NCBI RefSeq assembly: GCF_001194135.2
Contig: NC_068983.1
Location: 63,301,271-63,365,270, forward strand
DNA from: Octopus bimaculoides
Taxonomy: Eukaryota
Direction of reading: 5' to 3'
Length of the DNA stretch: 64,000 bases
Part shown: piece by piece, positions 1 through 12,693 of the stretch
Layout of the letters: the number at the start of each line of letters is the position of its first letter
How positions within the stretch are numbered: position 1 is the stretch's first letter
Program-made: the position numbers and the translations under genes
The notes under the pieces: generated by a model
What the model was told of the DNA's origin: nothing
The model's database searches: none
Seen by the model: only the letters and a program-made list of their open reading frames with translations

Positions 1-313
1 ATACCACCTGACTGGCCTTTGTAGGGTTTTCGAGCGAGATCGTTGCCAGTGCCCCTGGACTGGCTCTTGTGCGGGTGGCACATAAAAGACACCATTTCGA
101 GCGTGGCCGCTTTCGTGCGGATGACACGTAAAAGCACCCACTACACTCTCTGAGTGGTTGGCTTTAGGAAGGGCATCCAGCTGTAGAAACTCTGCCAAAT
201 TAGATTGGAGCCTGGTGTTGCCATCCGGTTTCACCAGCCCTCAGTCAAATCGTCCAACCCATGCTAGCATGGAAGGCGGACGTTAAACGATGATGATGAT
301 GATGATGATGATG
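1..313 (+). mobile_element. RTE LINE 3' UTR fragment (repeat family A) ending in a (GAT)n tail
   Basis: Motif AAAAGCACCCACTACACTCTC..GAGTGGTTGG..TTAGGAAGGGCATCCAGCTGTAGAAAC..CATGCTAGCATGGAA..CGTTAAACGATGATGAT recurs more than 12 times in the window. At 21775-22710 and 49946-50500 it is contiguous with RTE ORF C-terminal coding sequence. Confidence 0.8.
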
Positions 314-329
314 ACTACTACTATTATTA

Positions 330-1520
330 TACAAAAGCTGTTACATGCTAATCTAATTAGCAGAGATGCTATCCTGAGGCCTGGTGACAAGTCTCTTCAA
401 ATCTCAAGAATCTTTCTTAGGATTTTCTGCAGGTTAACAGTATGTATCACAATTCCATGATTCGTTAGCCTCTTAAGCAGCACTTTGGGTACTGAGCAGA
501 GTGCAGTAGCTACCACAGAAACAAGTTTCATCTTTGTGTTCTACAATCTCTTCGTCTCTATGGTTAGGTTCTGATATTTCTCAGTGTTATCAGTTTCCTT
601 AATATCCACTCTATATCATGGAATTGAAAAGTCTTTAATCCTACTTTGTTTTTACTAACTTCTGTAATCACATCTGGTCTACCAGCTTCAATAGTATGAT
701 CAGTCTTTCTGGAGAAATTTCCTGAAATCCTACAGTTGTCTTACCCCATCACAGCCTCTGGTTCATGTTCATACCAATTTTCTCTCATTTTAAGTTGGCG
801 AGCTGGCAGAAACGTTAGCATGCCGGGTGAAATACTTAGCAGTATTTAATCTGTTCAAATTCCACCGAGGTCGACTTTGCCTTTCATCCTTTCAGGGTCG
901 ATAAATTAAGTACCAATTGCATACTGGCATCAATCCAATCATCTGGTCCCTTTCCCCCAAATTTTAGGCTTTGTGCTTAGAGTAGAAAAGAATTTTCTCT
1001 CACTTTGAATCCACAAATTCGGCTAACATTCCAATGCATTCTTTTACTAAAACAGCTAGGCATGATACCGTTATACAATTTTTATGCTAACATACTTCTC
1101 CCAACAGGGAGATATACTTTTGTCTCATTTTCCACACATTTGCTCTGTGACTGAGTTTCATCAATTTTTATCTTTACCAAATTCATTTTGATAGCTTGTT
1201 CCTATAAGGCTATAATTAGCAGTGCAGTTTCTTGCTTCAGGTTTCCATCTATAAGCCAAAACCCGATTTCTTCACTTCTGACATCCTCAGCTTGTTTTAT
1301 TCATTGGCCATGGAGTTCTTTGTCTTTCCAAATATTTGTTATGTCATTCTTCTTTCTGTTCTTGAATTCTTTCCCCATTTCAGTGACTTCAATATTTCTA
1401 ACTGCAGAGAAGAGTGTTTCCTCACTATAAAAGAAATAGTTTTTCAAGCCCCAAATTGTAGCAATGGTGTCTTCTGCATTAACAAACCTTTAGCTTCTTT
1501 TATTCTTGCTAAATAGAGCC
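330..1520 (-). mobile_element. Dong/R4-like RLE non-LTR retrotransposon, decayed 3' part, interrupted by a SINE
   Basis: Minus-strand translations give GNLKQETALLIIAL*EQAIKMNLVKIKIDETQSQSKC (pre-zinc-knuckle motif of R4/Dong) and TDHTIEAGRPDVI (RLE 'RPD' motif). The 3' end abuts TAATAATAGTAGTAG. Confidence 0.7.
795..990 (+). mobile_element. tRNA-derived SINE (family C) nested in the Dong-like fragment
   Basis: GGCGAGCTGGCAGAAACGTTAGC (A-box-like) ... GTTCAAATTCC (B box) ... GAGGTCGACTTTGCCTTTCATCCTTTCAGGGTCGATAAATTAAGTACC central domain. Confidence 0.75.
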
Positions 1521-1639
1521 TGTTGATATTACTTTTAGGGTGGTGTGGATTTTGCATTGTGAGCAAATCCTAGATCAGTCAAATAACTGTAGCTTTTTCT
1601 TATTATCAGTATTATTACTATTAGGAATCCTTACTACAC

Positions 1640-2240
1640 CAGAAAAAATGTTTAATGGCGTTTCCTCCATTTTCACATTCTGAGTTCAAATGCCACCAAG
1701 GTTGACTTTGCCTTTCAGCCTTTTGGAGTTGATAAGATAAGACCCAGTTGAAGACATGAGTCAATGCAACTAACTTAACCCCCTCCCTTGAAATTGCTGG
1801 CCTTGTGCCAAAATTTTAAACCAATATTATTAATAGGGCAGTGGACAGGTAGAATTGTTACAGCACTGGACAAAATACATAGTGACATTTCTTTCTGACC
1901 TCTGAATGCCTCCAAAACTGACTTTACCTTTCATTCTTACATTAATAAAAAAAGTACCAGTCAAGTACTGAGGTCAATGTAATCCAATTCATCCTCTCCC
2001 CTCAGAATTACTGGCTTTATGCCAAAATTAAAAAAGAATTATTATAAGCAGGATCATTAGCATTTTAGACAAAATGCTTAGTGGCATTTCATCTGACATT
2101 ATGTTCTGAGGTAAAATTCTGCCAAGGTTGACTATGTCTTCCATCTTTTTGTGGTCAATGAAATAATTACCAGTTAAGCACTGGAGTTGAAGCAATTGAC
2201 TAGCCCCCACCCCCAACTCTATCAAAATATCAGGCAACAA
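1640..2240 (+). mobile_element. Cluster of three tandem degenerate family C SINE copies
   Basis: Three successive diverged copies of the GACTTTGCCTTTCA..CCTTT..GATAA..AGTACCAG..TACTGG..GTCAAT motif at about 1700, 1920 and 2125. A further copy lies at about 3095-3260. Confidence 0.65.
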
Positions 2241-2429
2241 CAGAACTAGCAGTTTTATTAGTAGTAGCAGTAGCTATAATAGCAAAAATATAGTGATGAC
2301 AACGATGGTTATGATGACCATAATCATTACCTTCATAATCATCAAAAAGCAATGCAAATAATAAAAATAGCATAAAATTTACTAAAAAGAATGTAAGATT
2401 TAAACTTCAAATAAGACAATATCATTTAC

Positions 2430-2531
2430 CTTTTCCAACAAGATATGGCAAAGAGCCTGGAAGTTGGCTCTGTTGCTTTCAAGCTCATCCCAATCAATTT
2501 TCCAAGAACTTGTTGGCTCCAGTATATAGGG
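2430..2531 (-). CDS. Internal coding exon of an unidentified host gene (PYILEPTSSWKIDWDELESNRANFQALCHILLEK)
   Basis: Acceptor ttctttgtacaattttacag, donor AAG|gtaaat, 102 nt, phase 0-0, stop-free, non-repetitive sequence with protein-like composition. Confidence 0.75.
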
Positions 2532-2678
2532 CTGTAAAATTGTACAAAGAACTTTGTTTAAAAACAGACATTACTCTGAATATCTATAGCTTTCCAAATA
2601 TGTCTCAATATTAATACAGACAAAAGCATGAGATATAGAATATATATAAACAACCAATAGATTGCAATCTCCATACAT

Positions 2679-2711
<33 letters not shown>

Positions 2712-2712
<1 letters not shown>

Positions 2713-2900
2713 CATCATCATCATCATCATCTGTTGTCCATGCTGCCATGGGTTGCATGGTTTGACCAGAGCTGGCAAGCTTCATCGGACTCCAGTCTGA
2801 TTTGGGATGGCTTCTATTGCTGGATGCCCTTTCTAATGCCAACCACTTTAAAGAGTGTGTCGGATACTTTTACATGGCACCATACGGGTGCTTATACATG
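2712..2900 (-). mobile_element. RTE 3' UTR (family A) copy
   Basis: Reverse complement of family A with a (CAT)n tail at the left end. Confidence 0.7.
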
Positions 2901-3546
2901 GCATATACATATACTCACACACATAGATATATATATATTATTATCATCAATATTGTTGTCCTCTTAACATGCACTTTCCCATTTTTGCACGAGTCAGATG
3001 GAAACCATTGAGGTAGGTTTACTATGGGTGGATGCCTTTCCTGCCACCAAACCTCATTTGATTGCAAGCAAGGTAATATTTTCTCATAACCAAGGCAGCA
3101 AGCTGGCAAAATAGTTAGCATGTCAGGTGAAATACTTGGCAACATTTTGTATGGCTGGCAAGATTGACTTTGCCTTTCATCCTTTCAGGGTCAATAAATC
3201 AAGTACTACTTGAACAGATGCTTCCCCAAAATTGCTGGCTGTGTGCCAAAATTTGAAACCAGTATTTCCTCATAACCAAATAAGTTTCCAGGGAAGATTG
3301 GAAATGAATGGTGCTGTTTGTATGATGATGGCAATCATTTACAATTATCGTGTGTTGTCAAAGTAAGAAAGTATAAACACACAAACACACACACACACAG
3401 AAGCATACGCACACACATGCACACATATTTTTATACAACAGGCACCTTTCAGTTTCTGTCTATCAAATCAACTCATAAGGCCTTGGTTTGCCAGGAATAA
3501 AAGTAGAAGGTACTTGCCACAGTGAAGCTATATCTATAGATATATA

Positions 3547-3925
3547 TTCTTTAATTCTTTTACTTGTTTCAGTCATTTAACTGCAGCCATGCTGGAGCAT
3601 CACATTTAGGCGAACAAATCGACCCCATGACTTATTCTTTGTAAGCCTAGCACTTATCTATCGGTCTCTTTTGCCGAACTGCTAAGTTACGGGGACATAA
3701 ACACACCAACATTGCTTGTCAAACAATGATGGGGGAGAAACACGTACACACACACACATATACAACGGGCTTCTTTCAGTTTCTGTCTATCAAATCCACT
3801 CACAAAGCTTTGGTCAGTCCAAGGCTACAGTGGAAGACACTTGCCCAAGGTGTCATGTAGTGGGACTGAACCTGGAACCATGTGTTTGGGAAGCAAGCTT
3901 CTTACCACACAGCCACTCCTGCACC
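3547..3925 (-). mobile_element. tRNA-derived SINE family B, near full length
   Basis: Reverse complement of GGCG(C/T)AGGAGTGGCTGTGTGGTAAG..GGTTCAGTCCC head, internal (CA)n, and GCAGTCAAATGACTGAAACAAGTAAAAGA tail. Confidence 0.85.
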
Positions 3926-5089
3926 TATATATTACTAGTACACTAAACAATGCTTCTATATTTGCAAAATAGTAGTAGATTTTTCTTGTATACTAATGCT
4001 TCAGAATTTCATCTTATCCCTTTTAACTTATTCAACACATAGTCTTTTATTCATTTATTGGTCTTACTCACTGGTTTGCAGCCTAACTGGTGTACTACTT
4101 GCTAGGGTTCAGTTGATCACATCAACCCCAGTGGTTATTCCAGTGAAGCCCTTATTTTGTCAATCTCTATATGTTGAACAATTAGGTGATGTGACATAAA
4201 GGGATACAAAAAAGAAAAAAAACATTGGCTTTTAGACCAGTGTAAACATAAACAGAGATATGGAAACAGAAACACCCACATGTACATCTCAAACATACAC
4301 ACACACACACACACATACATGCACACATATCCAGCATCAGCATTAGTACCAAGATCATCATCATCACCATCATGACCACAACCATTTTATATATTTTCTG
4401 TGCTGACATGAACTGGACTGTTTAGCAGGATCTAACAAGACAGAAGACCATGTTTTGCACCAATATCTCAGTTTTGGGATAGTTTTGGGAGGCTTACGGA
4501 ACATCAACTTTACATAGAGTATTGGGCGGTAGGAGAAAGAAGAAGAGAAAGTAATGTCAGGGTAGGGGGATAGAGTGATAAATGGCAAGGGTCACAGTGT
4601 GATAAATAACCAAGTGATGTGATGGGTCAAGTAGGAAGGTGCCAGGACTCTTCTCCACACACCACACATATACACATTCACATGTATCAACATCATTATC
4701 ATCATAATCATTTTAGGTTCAGTTTCCATACCTAAAGAGATTGGATGGTTTGTCATAGTTCAAGTCAGTTCTTATAAGTTACACAGGTTTATTGTTGGGA
4801 GAAGACAGTAGGAAGAAACTAGCAGAGGTAAAATTAGGGGAGAGATGGGGGAAAATAATGTTAGTGGTTAGTAAAAGGGTGTCAGAGAGTGGTAAGGATG
4901 GTCGGGGGGGGGGTGAGTAAGAGATCAGTGCTATTCAGCATTATACACTAATGGGCAGAGTGGTTCATGAAGGAGAGATAAAATGATGGGGATTAAAAGC
5001 CAACATCTATCCTGATTGTAATATATCCAAGACAGTATGATGTCAGATGAATCTGGGAGCCTTATTATTCAGGACAGAAGGTGGGATAG

Positions 5090-5760
5090 CAAGATATGGA
5101 TGGTGGAAGAAAATATTCAATATGCATAGATCAAATGCTTTCCTCTCATTAACAGATGGCATGGTATGGTGAGTAGAAGAGATGATGTGGAACAGGGAGG
5201 ATGTAAAATAGGTATTAGTGATGGGAGAAGAGATGATGAGATGTGAGGGTTTATAAGCAAGAGTGTATACAGAGGCTGCATTTTCTGCAGTACTGCATAT
5301 AACCAGTCAGCACAGTCTTCTATCATATACCTCATCAGATGTAGTATCTTGAAATCATTTTCCACCATCTCTTCCCAAGTCATCCTTGTCTCTCTCATCC
5401 ACAGATCCCATACAGTTTCAGTACTCTGCACTAGTTTATGTACTTGTTATCTTCTATCCATCTTCTCTCATGTTCCCATACTATTGCAGTCTCCTCTCGT
5501 GCATTTTGTGTCTATTTCTTATACTCGGTTTGTCTCTTACTTCAATTACAATTTGCTCATTCACATGAATATGATACATCCAATAAAGCATGCTCCCTTC
5601 ACTTCTTTCTAGAGGTTGCAGATCCTCTCTATTCAAGGTTTGCATCTCACTGACATGCAGCAATACACTTTGCACACATGCATTATACAATCTGACTTTG
5701 AGGGAGAAGCCTTTGTTGCCAGAAAAGGTATTAGCTTTCTGAACTTTCTCCAGTCTTTTC
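5090..5760 (-). mobile_element. RTE LINE RT C-terminal fragment
   Basis: ORF-track peptides MYNACVQSVLLHVSEMQTLNREDLQPLERSEGSMLYWM and RETRMTWEEMVENDFKILHL match RTE post-RT motifs (LY.ACV.S.LLHGSE.W; R.R.TW.EVV..D). Confidence 0.75.
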
Positions 5761-6966
5761 TATTCTGGCTAATGATCTAATTAGTAGTAGGGAGCAGTGG
5801 TTTCAGAACTACTTCTATAGAGTCATCAGATTTGAGAGAAACTATTTCCTGATTACTCCCAGTGTTTATTATCTGAATGCACCCACTACATGGTAATTAA
5901 GGGCTTCTCTCTTAGAGTAAATAGCAGCTTGTATAAGGTGTGTGTATGAAATGCAGTACTGCATGATAGTGTGATGTGGTCCTTGAATGTATTGCAGAAA
6001 CTGAAAAGAATTAAAGCAAGCATGCTTCACAAGATGTAAGTGTTAGTATGAAAAATGACAGATTATTTATGAGCTGAGAGTAAAACTGGATATGAGAAAT
6101 CAGATACAATGTGCATGAGAAAAGATTGTGCTACAATGAGATGTAATGCAAATTAAGGATGACAGCTAAATAAAAAAAACTCATGCACATTTAATGTGAA
6201 TGAAACCTGTGGATGTTGTATTTCATGCAGATGTCAAAGGACTGAGTTGAGTGGTAATTTATGATGTTGGCGAAGATATGACCATAAAAGATCCAGCCAG
6301 CAGTGCAAATATGGTGATTGTAAGTCACGAAAAATGGTGACAGTGTATGTTTGGAACTGTGGGTACATATTTATGTGCATTGCATGTATGTGCATGTATA
6401 TGTACCACCAAAACTGTCTCCTTCACACCTATACATCTTCTTATATCGCTACCACTTTCTTTCCTGCCACCTGCTACTCTAACACTCAGCCTTCAATGTT
6501 GTTCATTGGGATGGTACTCACTTCCTATTCATCTAACATCTTCATTACTCAACCACTCATTTCTCATTTCAAGGTCTATATATAAGGGACAAAATAGGAA
6601 CTATTATAACTCAAAGAGGTGACAGGAGAAAAAGAGAGCTAAAAAGAAACAGATGGTGACAGAAGTGGGGATTTAGTATGCATTGACCCAGTGTTTCATT
6701 CATTCCACAAGTGGCAAGGTACAAATGAATAGAGGAATGATAGCAGAAGGATAATGAGATATCAAATAAGCAAGAAGAAGAAGTAGAGATTTAGCAGGTA
6801 AACAACAGGTGATGTAGATACGTATATATTCCAGCTTCCATTACTGCTCCAAGGTGGCTGGGTTTTCTTCAGTATCACGTATCAGCAATAAAAATGGTCC
6901 TTTAAGTGTATCTGTTCCTCTTTGTGAGAGTTGACCATTTTGTGAATAATTGTGCATATGCATGTA

Positions 6967-7872
6967 CAGGGTATTTGGGATGAATTTGACAATTTCTTTT
7001 GGAACCTTTTCACAATAACAGCTTGATGTATTGATGAATAGTCAATGGCATTGGGGTACAAAAAGATTAAAGTTGTAGTTGAGAAAAAGTTAATTGACAT
7101 GGAGGACTGGAAACCATCTGAATATTGGGAAAGAGTTACCTGTATCATGATGATTTGCACCGAGTATCAAAATGCCAACATCATAACTGCTGCTCAATAT
7201 TCTGTGAACACTGTAAAAACTGTATGACATGATGTGGAGATCTGCAACAGAAACTACAAAGCAATGACCAACAGAAACGGACACAGCAGGCATTCTGACT
7301 GCATCTGAATTCTGGAATTCATCCCAACATCTTTGAACAGGACCTTAGGTTCAATTCAGATGGTCATGTGAAGAAGCCAGAAACTGTGGTCAGTCTCTGG
7401 CTGGAAAGTGTTGCTACTGGAAGGCCATATGTGTGGCAGTAGGGTTTGAACCCTTTCCATACTTTCGGAAAATGTCAGAAGTGGTTGTTGGAGAATTTCT
7501 ATGACTTTACCAGCCCTGATTTTTGGCTTCCTAATTCCCCTACTTGTAATCCCATGGATAACTATGTGTTGGGCATAGTTGACAAAAACACCAACCACTC
7601 TTCCTGCAACACCAAGTCTGAGCTGGTGGCCAAGATCAAGGAGGTATTCAATGACCTTCCTAGGGACACAATGAAGAACACATGCACCAAGTTTTGGAGC
7701 CATCTTCAGGTTGTGGTGGAAGCTGAGGGCAGCTAATTTGAGTAAACTGTAATCACCCAGCCATAATCTAGTCGATATATTTTGATCTTTTGAAATACTT
7801 TTATTTTTAGATGGAATATTGGTGTCTTCTTTCCCTTTTATGCAAACTATCAAATTTATCCTGAATACCCTG
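6967..7872 (+). mobile_element. maT/DD37D-type Tc1-mariner element, internally deleted, with TIRs and TA TSD
   Basis: TIRs CAGGGTATTTGGGATGAATTTGA / reverse complement CAGGGTATTCAGGATAAATTTGA, flanked by TA on both sides. N-terminal peptide MEDWKPSEYW..IMMI and C-terminal FWLPNSPTCNPMDNYVLG (WPPNSPDLNPLDY motif). Confidence 0.85.
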
Positions 7873-8099
7873 TATACATACATATGACCAAGCAACAAAA
7901 ACTGCTTTCCAGTACTGAATGGTCGATTCCACAGATACACAATAGTTCAATGGAAACAACTTCTCAAGTGTTCATAAGAATAACACTAAGTACATTTTTA
8001 TCTTTGGAAAAGATCTTGTTCCCTTGAATGTGTGTATGTGAAACTTTGAAGCACAATCCAGATACTCTGTTCAATTATAATTGTAGCTTTATTTACAAC

Positions 8100-8285
8100 A
8101 ACATCAAAAAATACCTTTGGAATGAAAACTCAGGTTCAAAATTATCCCAAGACACCTGATGCAGGCTGGAGGGTATATCAGCCGAAACATTGGGTTAACA
8201 ACAAACAAGATGCGGACAAATATCTGTCAAATGTAAATAATGTAAATAATGTACATAATTCCTCATCTCTTAAATATAGAACTGT
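8100..8285 (+). mobile_element. Probable Penelope pseudo-LTR fragment containing a degenerate hammerhead-like motif (8152-8194)
   Basis: ACAC-CTGATGC-A-GGCTG-gagggtatat-CAGCC-GAAA-CAT-T-GGGT: perfect 5-bp stem II, core with one substitution (A9 to C). Confidence 0.5.
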
Positions 8286-9138
8286 AATTGTAACTTTACA
8301 ACTATTATTGAACAAACTATGTGTAAGTTACATAGGCTCAACTGTTGGAATGTGTGTCTGCTAGAGGGTGAAAGCAATAAAGACTACAATTATTTCTATA
8401 ATTTTGACAAAAAAGATAGAAATATGATGAGAGTATAAGAATAGTGATCAATTAATAACAGCTCTAAAATGTTTACAAAAGAATTTTAAGGTTTTATAAC
8501 ATTTAATTTGAGAAAGAAAATGTTCTGACTTCAGATTACATCAATAATTTTGCATATAACATTCTATACTGTTTAACTGCTGAATGATGAATGAAAGTAT
8601 TCAAAACAGAATAAGTAATTCCATATTTATCAAAGTGGAGAAAATCTAAAACTGCTAAATAACAAAACAGTTATAGCAGAAGTAGCTTATCATCTTAGTT
8701 AATGTTTACAAGCATCTCATTTATAACATTTTGCAACTTGTAATTACAGACGAATGCATCCACTGAATAATGCAGCAGACAGGTAATAATTGCCTACTAT
8801 ATTCATTCTCATAAGTAATTTGTGAGATTGGTTAAAGTTATTTTAATGACTCAATTTTGAAATAATTTTGAATTACTAGTTCTAACAAATTATAATGGTA
8901 TAATAAATGCCCAATGGTAATAGAATGGAGCGTATATTACATTATGAATAAATATACAGCAATGGAAGTGATAAGATACGCTGTTAGTCTAGATTATGTT
9001 TAAAGAATCCATATAGACTTTTGATTACCATCATAATACAATCATATTTTTTTAAACATTAATTTGTAACTATTCAAACTGGCTGAGGAAGCTTAAAAGA
9101 GGAACATGGTTATCTGATTATGCTGAGCTACCAGTATG

Positions 9139-9174
<36 letters not shown>

Positions 9175-9189
9175 TATGGGTGTTGTTGG

Positions 9190-9646
9190 TGTCACATAAC
9201 TGGCACCTGCACCAGCGGCAAGGAGAAAACACCTTTTGAGCATTGGGCCCCAAGGGCTGCTGTCACGTTTGCTCTGAGTCTGCCTGTCGGCCGAGTCTAT
9301 CATGGAGATTGCTCCGCCACCTTCCTCAACTGGGAAGGCACGGTAGTCTTCGTCGCACTGGTGGCCATGGTGAAAGAATGTGTGTGGTGGACTCGAGCGA
9401 AAGGATTAGAGATAAACACTTGCCTCTCTGGCCAATCGCTCATCAACTTTTTCAAGTACCACTTGAAAAGGAAGGTGAGAATGTAGAGGTAGGTTTTGTT
9501 TTGTTATGGTGCATGCGAGTGATGAAACTTTGAGAATGATCCTGTAAATCGAAAAAAACAAGAGAGAGAGAGCACTTTGTTCCCATGTGTTTATTCCCTC
9601 CCTGCCTGATGTTACCGTGGTCTTTTCCGTAGGCTTTTCTTTCCAC
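9190..9646 (-). mobile_element. Non-LTR retrotransposon RT fragment abutting an assembly gap
   Basis: Higher GC. KQNLPLHSHLPFQVVLEKVDERL resembles the NYRPISLLP.LSKVLEK.V..RL motif at the start of LINE RTs. Confidence 0.4.
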
Positions 9647-10556
9647 NNNNNNNNNNNNNNNNNNNNNNNNNNNNNNNNNNNNNNNNNNNNNNNNNNNNNN
9701 NNNNNNNNNNNNNNNNNNNNNNNNNNNNNNNNNNNNNNNNNNNNNNNNNNNNNNNNNNNNNNNNNNNNNNNNNNNNNNNNNNNNNNNNNNNNNNNNNNNN
9801 NNNNNNNNNNNNNNNNNNNNNNNNNNNNNNNNNNNNNNNNNNNNNNNNNNNNNNNNNNNNNNNNNNNNNNNNNNNNNNNNNNNNNNNNNNNNNNNNNNNN
9901 NNNNNNNNNNNNNNNNNNNNNNNNNNNNNNNNNNNNNNNNNNNNNNNNNNNNNNNNNNNNNNNNNNNNNNNNNNNNNNNNNNNNNNNNNNNNNNNNNNNN
10001 NNNNNNNNNNNNNNNNNNNNNNNNNNNNNNNNNNNNNNNNNNNNNNNNNNNNNNNNNNNNNNNNNNNNNNNNNNNNNNNNNNNNNNNNNNNNNNNNNNNN
10101 NNNNNNNNNNNNNNNNNNNNNNNNNNNNNNNNNNNNNNNNNNNNNNNNNNNNNNNNNNNNNNNNNNNNNNNNNNNNNNNNNNNNNNNNNNNNNNNNNNNN
10201 NNNNNNNNNNNNNNNNNNNNNNNNNNNNNNNNNNNNNNNNNNNNNNNNNNNNNNNNNNNNNNNNNNNNNNNNNNNNNNNNNNNNNNNNNNNNNNNNNNNN
10301 NNNNNNNNNNNNNNNNNNNNNNNNNNNNNNNNNNNNNNNNNNNNNNNNNNNNNNNNNNNNNNNNNNNNNNNNNNNNNNNNNNNNNNNNNNNNNNNNNNNN
10401 NNNNNNNNNNNNNNNNNNNNNNNNNNNNNNNNNNNNNNNNNNNNNNNNNNNNNNNNNNNNNNNNNNNNNNNNNNNNNNNNNNNNNNNNNNNNNNNNNNNN
10501 NNNNNNNNNNNNNNNNNNNNNNNNNNNNNNNNNNNNNNNNNNNNNNNNNNNNNNNN

Positions 10557-10604
<48 letters not shown>

Positions 10605-10611
10605 CTTCATC

Positions 10612-10830
10612 ATCATTGTCATTGTCATTGTCATCATCATCATTTAACATGTTTTCCATGCTGGTATGGATTGGGCAGTTTGACAGGAGCTGGCAAGGCT
10701 AGGAGCTGCACTAGGTTCCATTGTCTGTTTCGGCATGGTTTCTACAGTGGGATACCCTTCCTAATGCCAACCACTTTATAGAGTGTACTGGACGCCTTTT
10801 ACATCACACCAACACTAGGGCTTTTTATGT
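10612..10830 (-). mobile_element. RTE 3' UTR (family A) copy
   Basis: Reverse complement of family A with a CAT/CATTGT tail. Confidence 0.7.
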
Positions 10831-11389
10831 GGAAACAGTGCAAACGCTTCTTAGGTGACACCAACACCAACAAAAAGCAAAACACCCTTAACTGGGAGTG
10901 TGCTTCTTGTGCTCTCAAGTGATAGAAAAGCAGTGGGTGTTAGGGGATCAAATGTGAAAAGAAAGGATGATGGGGCAGAGAGGATGGGGGTAGGGCTGAG
11001 CCACTCACAGACAAGTATTACTACCCCTTACCCCTACTTTTTCACCCCAAAACCATCTCTTCCATTTCATGGTTCAGTCAACCTGACTGTTCCATTACCA
11101 CATCACCCTTAGTCTAGCAGAAGCTTTGCTTCAACCACAGATTTAATCTGTCACTCTTAGTAGATTGTCCTCTAAGAATTTCCAGTTGTCTTCATTTCAT
11201 ATGTGTTTGTCTCTTCCTTCTTCTCATTAGATGCTTCATTAAGAACGTCACTAAATCTCAGCCTATTTGAAAGATCCTTCAGCTTCCATAACCTTCTTTT
11301 CCATATCAGTTTGTGTCTCTGGTTCATTCTAGACCCAAGTCTGAAGTCGCTAACCACAAATCTATGTTGAGTTGTACATTTTCACCTGG

Positions 11390-11660
11390 GAAGTATTTTG
11401 CATTCACAAGCATCCATCTGTCCCTGTTTACAGTGAGAATCTAGTCAATCTACCCACCAGATTCATGAGTAATTATATGATTGGCAGGGTTCCTGAAATT
11501 GGTATTGCAAACCAATGAGTCATTTGCTTCACAAAACTCCAGCAGCCTTGTTCCCTCCTCATTTCTAGAACCAAGCTGTAACCTCCATTCATGCCATGAA
11601 ATCCATTGGAGCACTTTCCAGCATGACCACTCAAGTTCCCAACACTGCAAAATCAATGAA
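11390..11660 (-). mobile_element. RTE LINE APE endonuclease fragment
   Basis: LGSRNEEGTRLLEFCEANDSLVCNTNFRNPANHIITHESGG matches the conserved APE motif G.RN.EG.RLLEFC....L...NT.F......T. Confidence 0.85.
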
Positions 11661-11755
11661 GCTGAAAAAAAAAGTAAAATATTACAAATAATTTTGAAAG
11701 ATTGTATTTATATCCATATTTATCCCATGATGAGACTTTGTAATACATGCACGCG

Positions 11756-11794
<39 letters not shown>

Positions 11795-12447
11795 GACAAT
11801 TGTGTCCATGAGCAATACGGTCTCTTAAGGCCAATAAAAGGCTTGAATTTTAGTTGTATCTTGTGCATGTATGACAAATCTTTTAGGCAAGCTAGTTTTC
11901 TATCAACCGTAACTCTTCCAGAGGATGAACAGCAAATTCTAAGAGCTTTATGAATTAACGTATATTGCAAAGTGACACTACAAAATGCCTGCAGCAGACA
12001 TGAATTCATGATTCATGAGCTGATTACACAATAACTTATTCAGTCAAATATTTTTTGATCTGTGTCTAGAGGAAAAAGATTAACAAAGGAAACTTTCTAA
12101 ACCTAACAAATATATTATGAATTCCAGAATATATCCCTTCAGCAATTATTTTCACATTCAGAAAACCGAATAGAAGTAAATTCTACCAAATAATTAAAAA
12201 ATAAACAAAATATCTGAGGTGCAAAATCAAAAATTTTGAAAAATTGTTTCCTTCATCAATGAATTTCAACACAAAACTTAGACCATAAGCATCAGCATGG
12301 CTGGGTGGCTTAAGTTTTCTTTGTATGTAATAACATGCACCTAGGTTCAATACCAAAGCATGACACCTTAGATATTGTCAACTATAACCTTGGGTTCACC
12401 AATATAAGGCAAATCAAATTTGGTAAATAGAAACTATACAGAAATAT

Positions 12448-12495
<48 letters not shown>

Positions 12496-12693
12496 CAAAA
12501 AGTTAAATTCTGGACATAGATTTACCAAAGGTTTCATATCCATGAAAGCCACAATTCTGTGGACAGCTTTGAATTCCCATATATATATGTAACTCTATGA
12601 CCAGAATTTAACCTTTTGTTTTCATAATTACTGCTCTATTAAAGTGTGCTTCTTTTCTGATATATGTTTTATTTACTATATATATGTATAGAT

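Noticed and set aside
6845-7021. Stop-free 177-nt phase 2-2 minus-strand segment (CYCEKVPKEIVK...RDTEENPATLE) with RasGAP-like wording
   Set aside because: Its 5' third overlaps the left TIR and end of the maT transposon (from 6967), so it is most likely a chance frame.
9406-10702. Long ORFs of 343-417 aa
   Set aside because: They run through the N gap and (TA)n/(CAT)n repeats and are artefacts.
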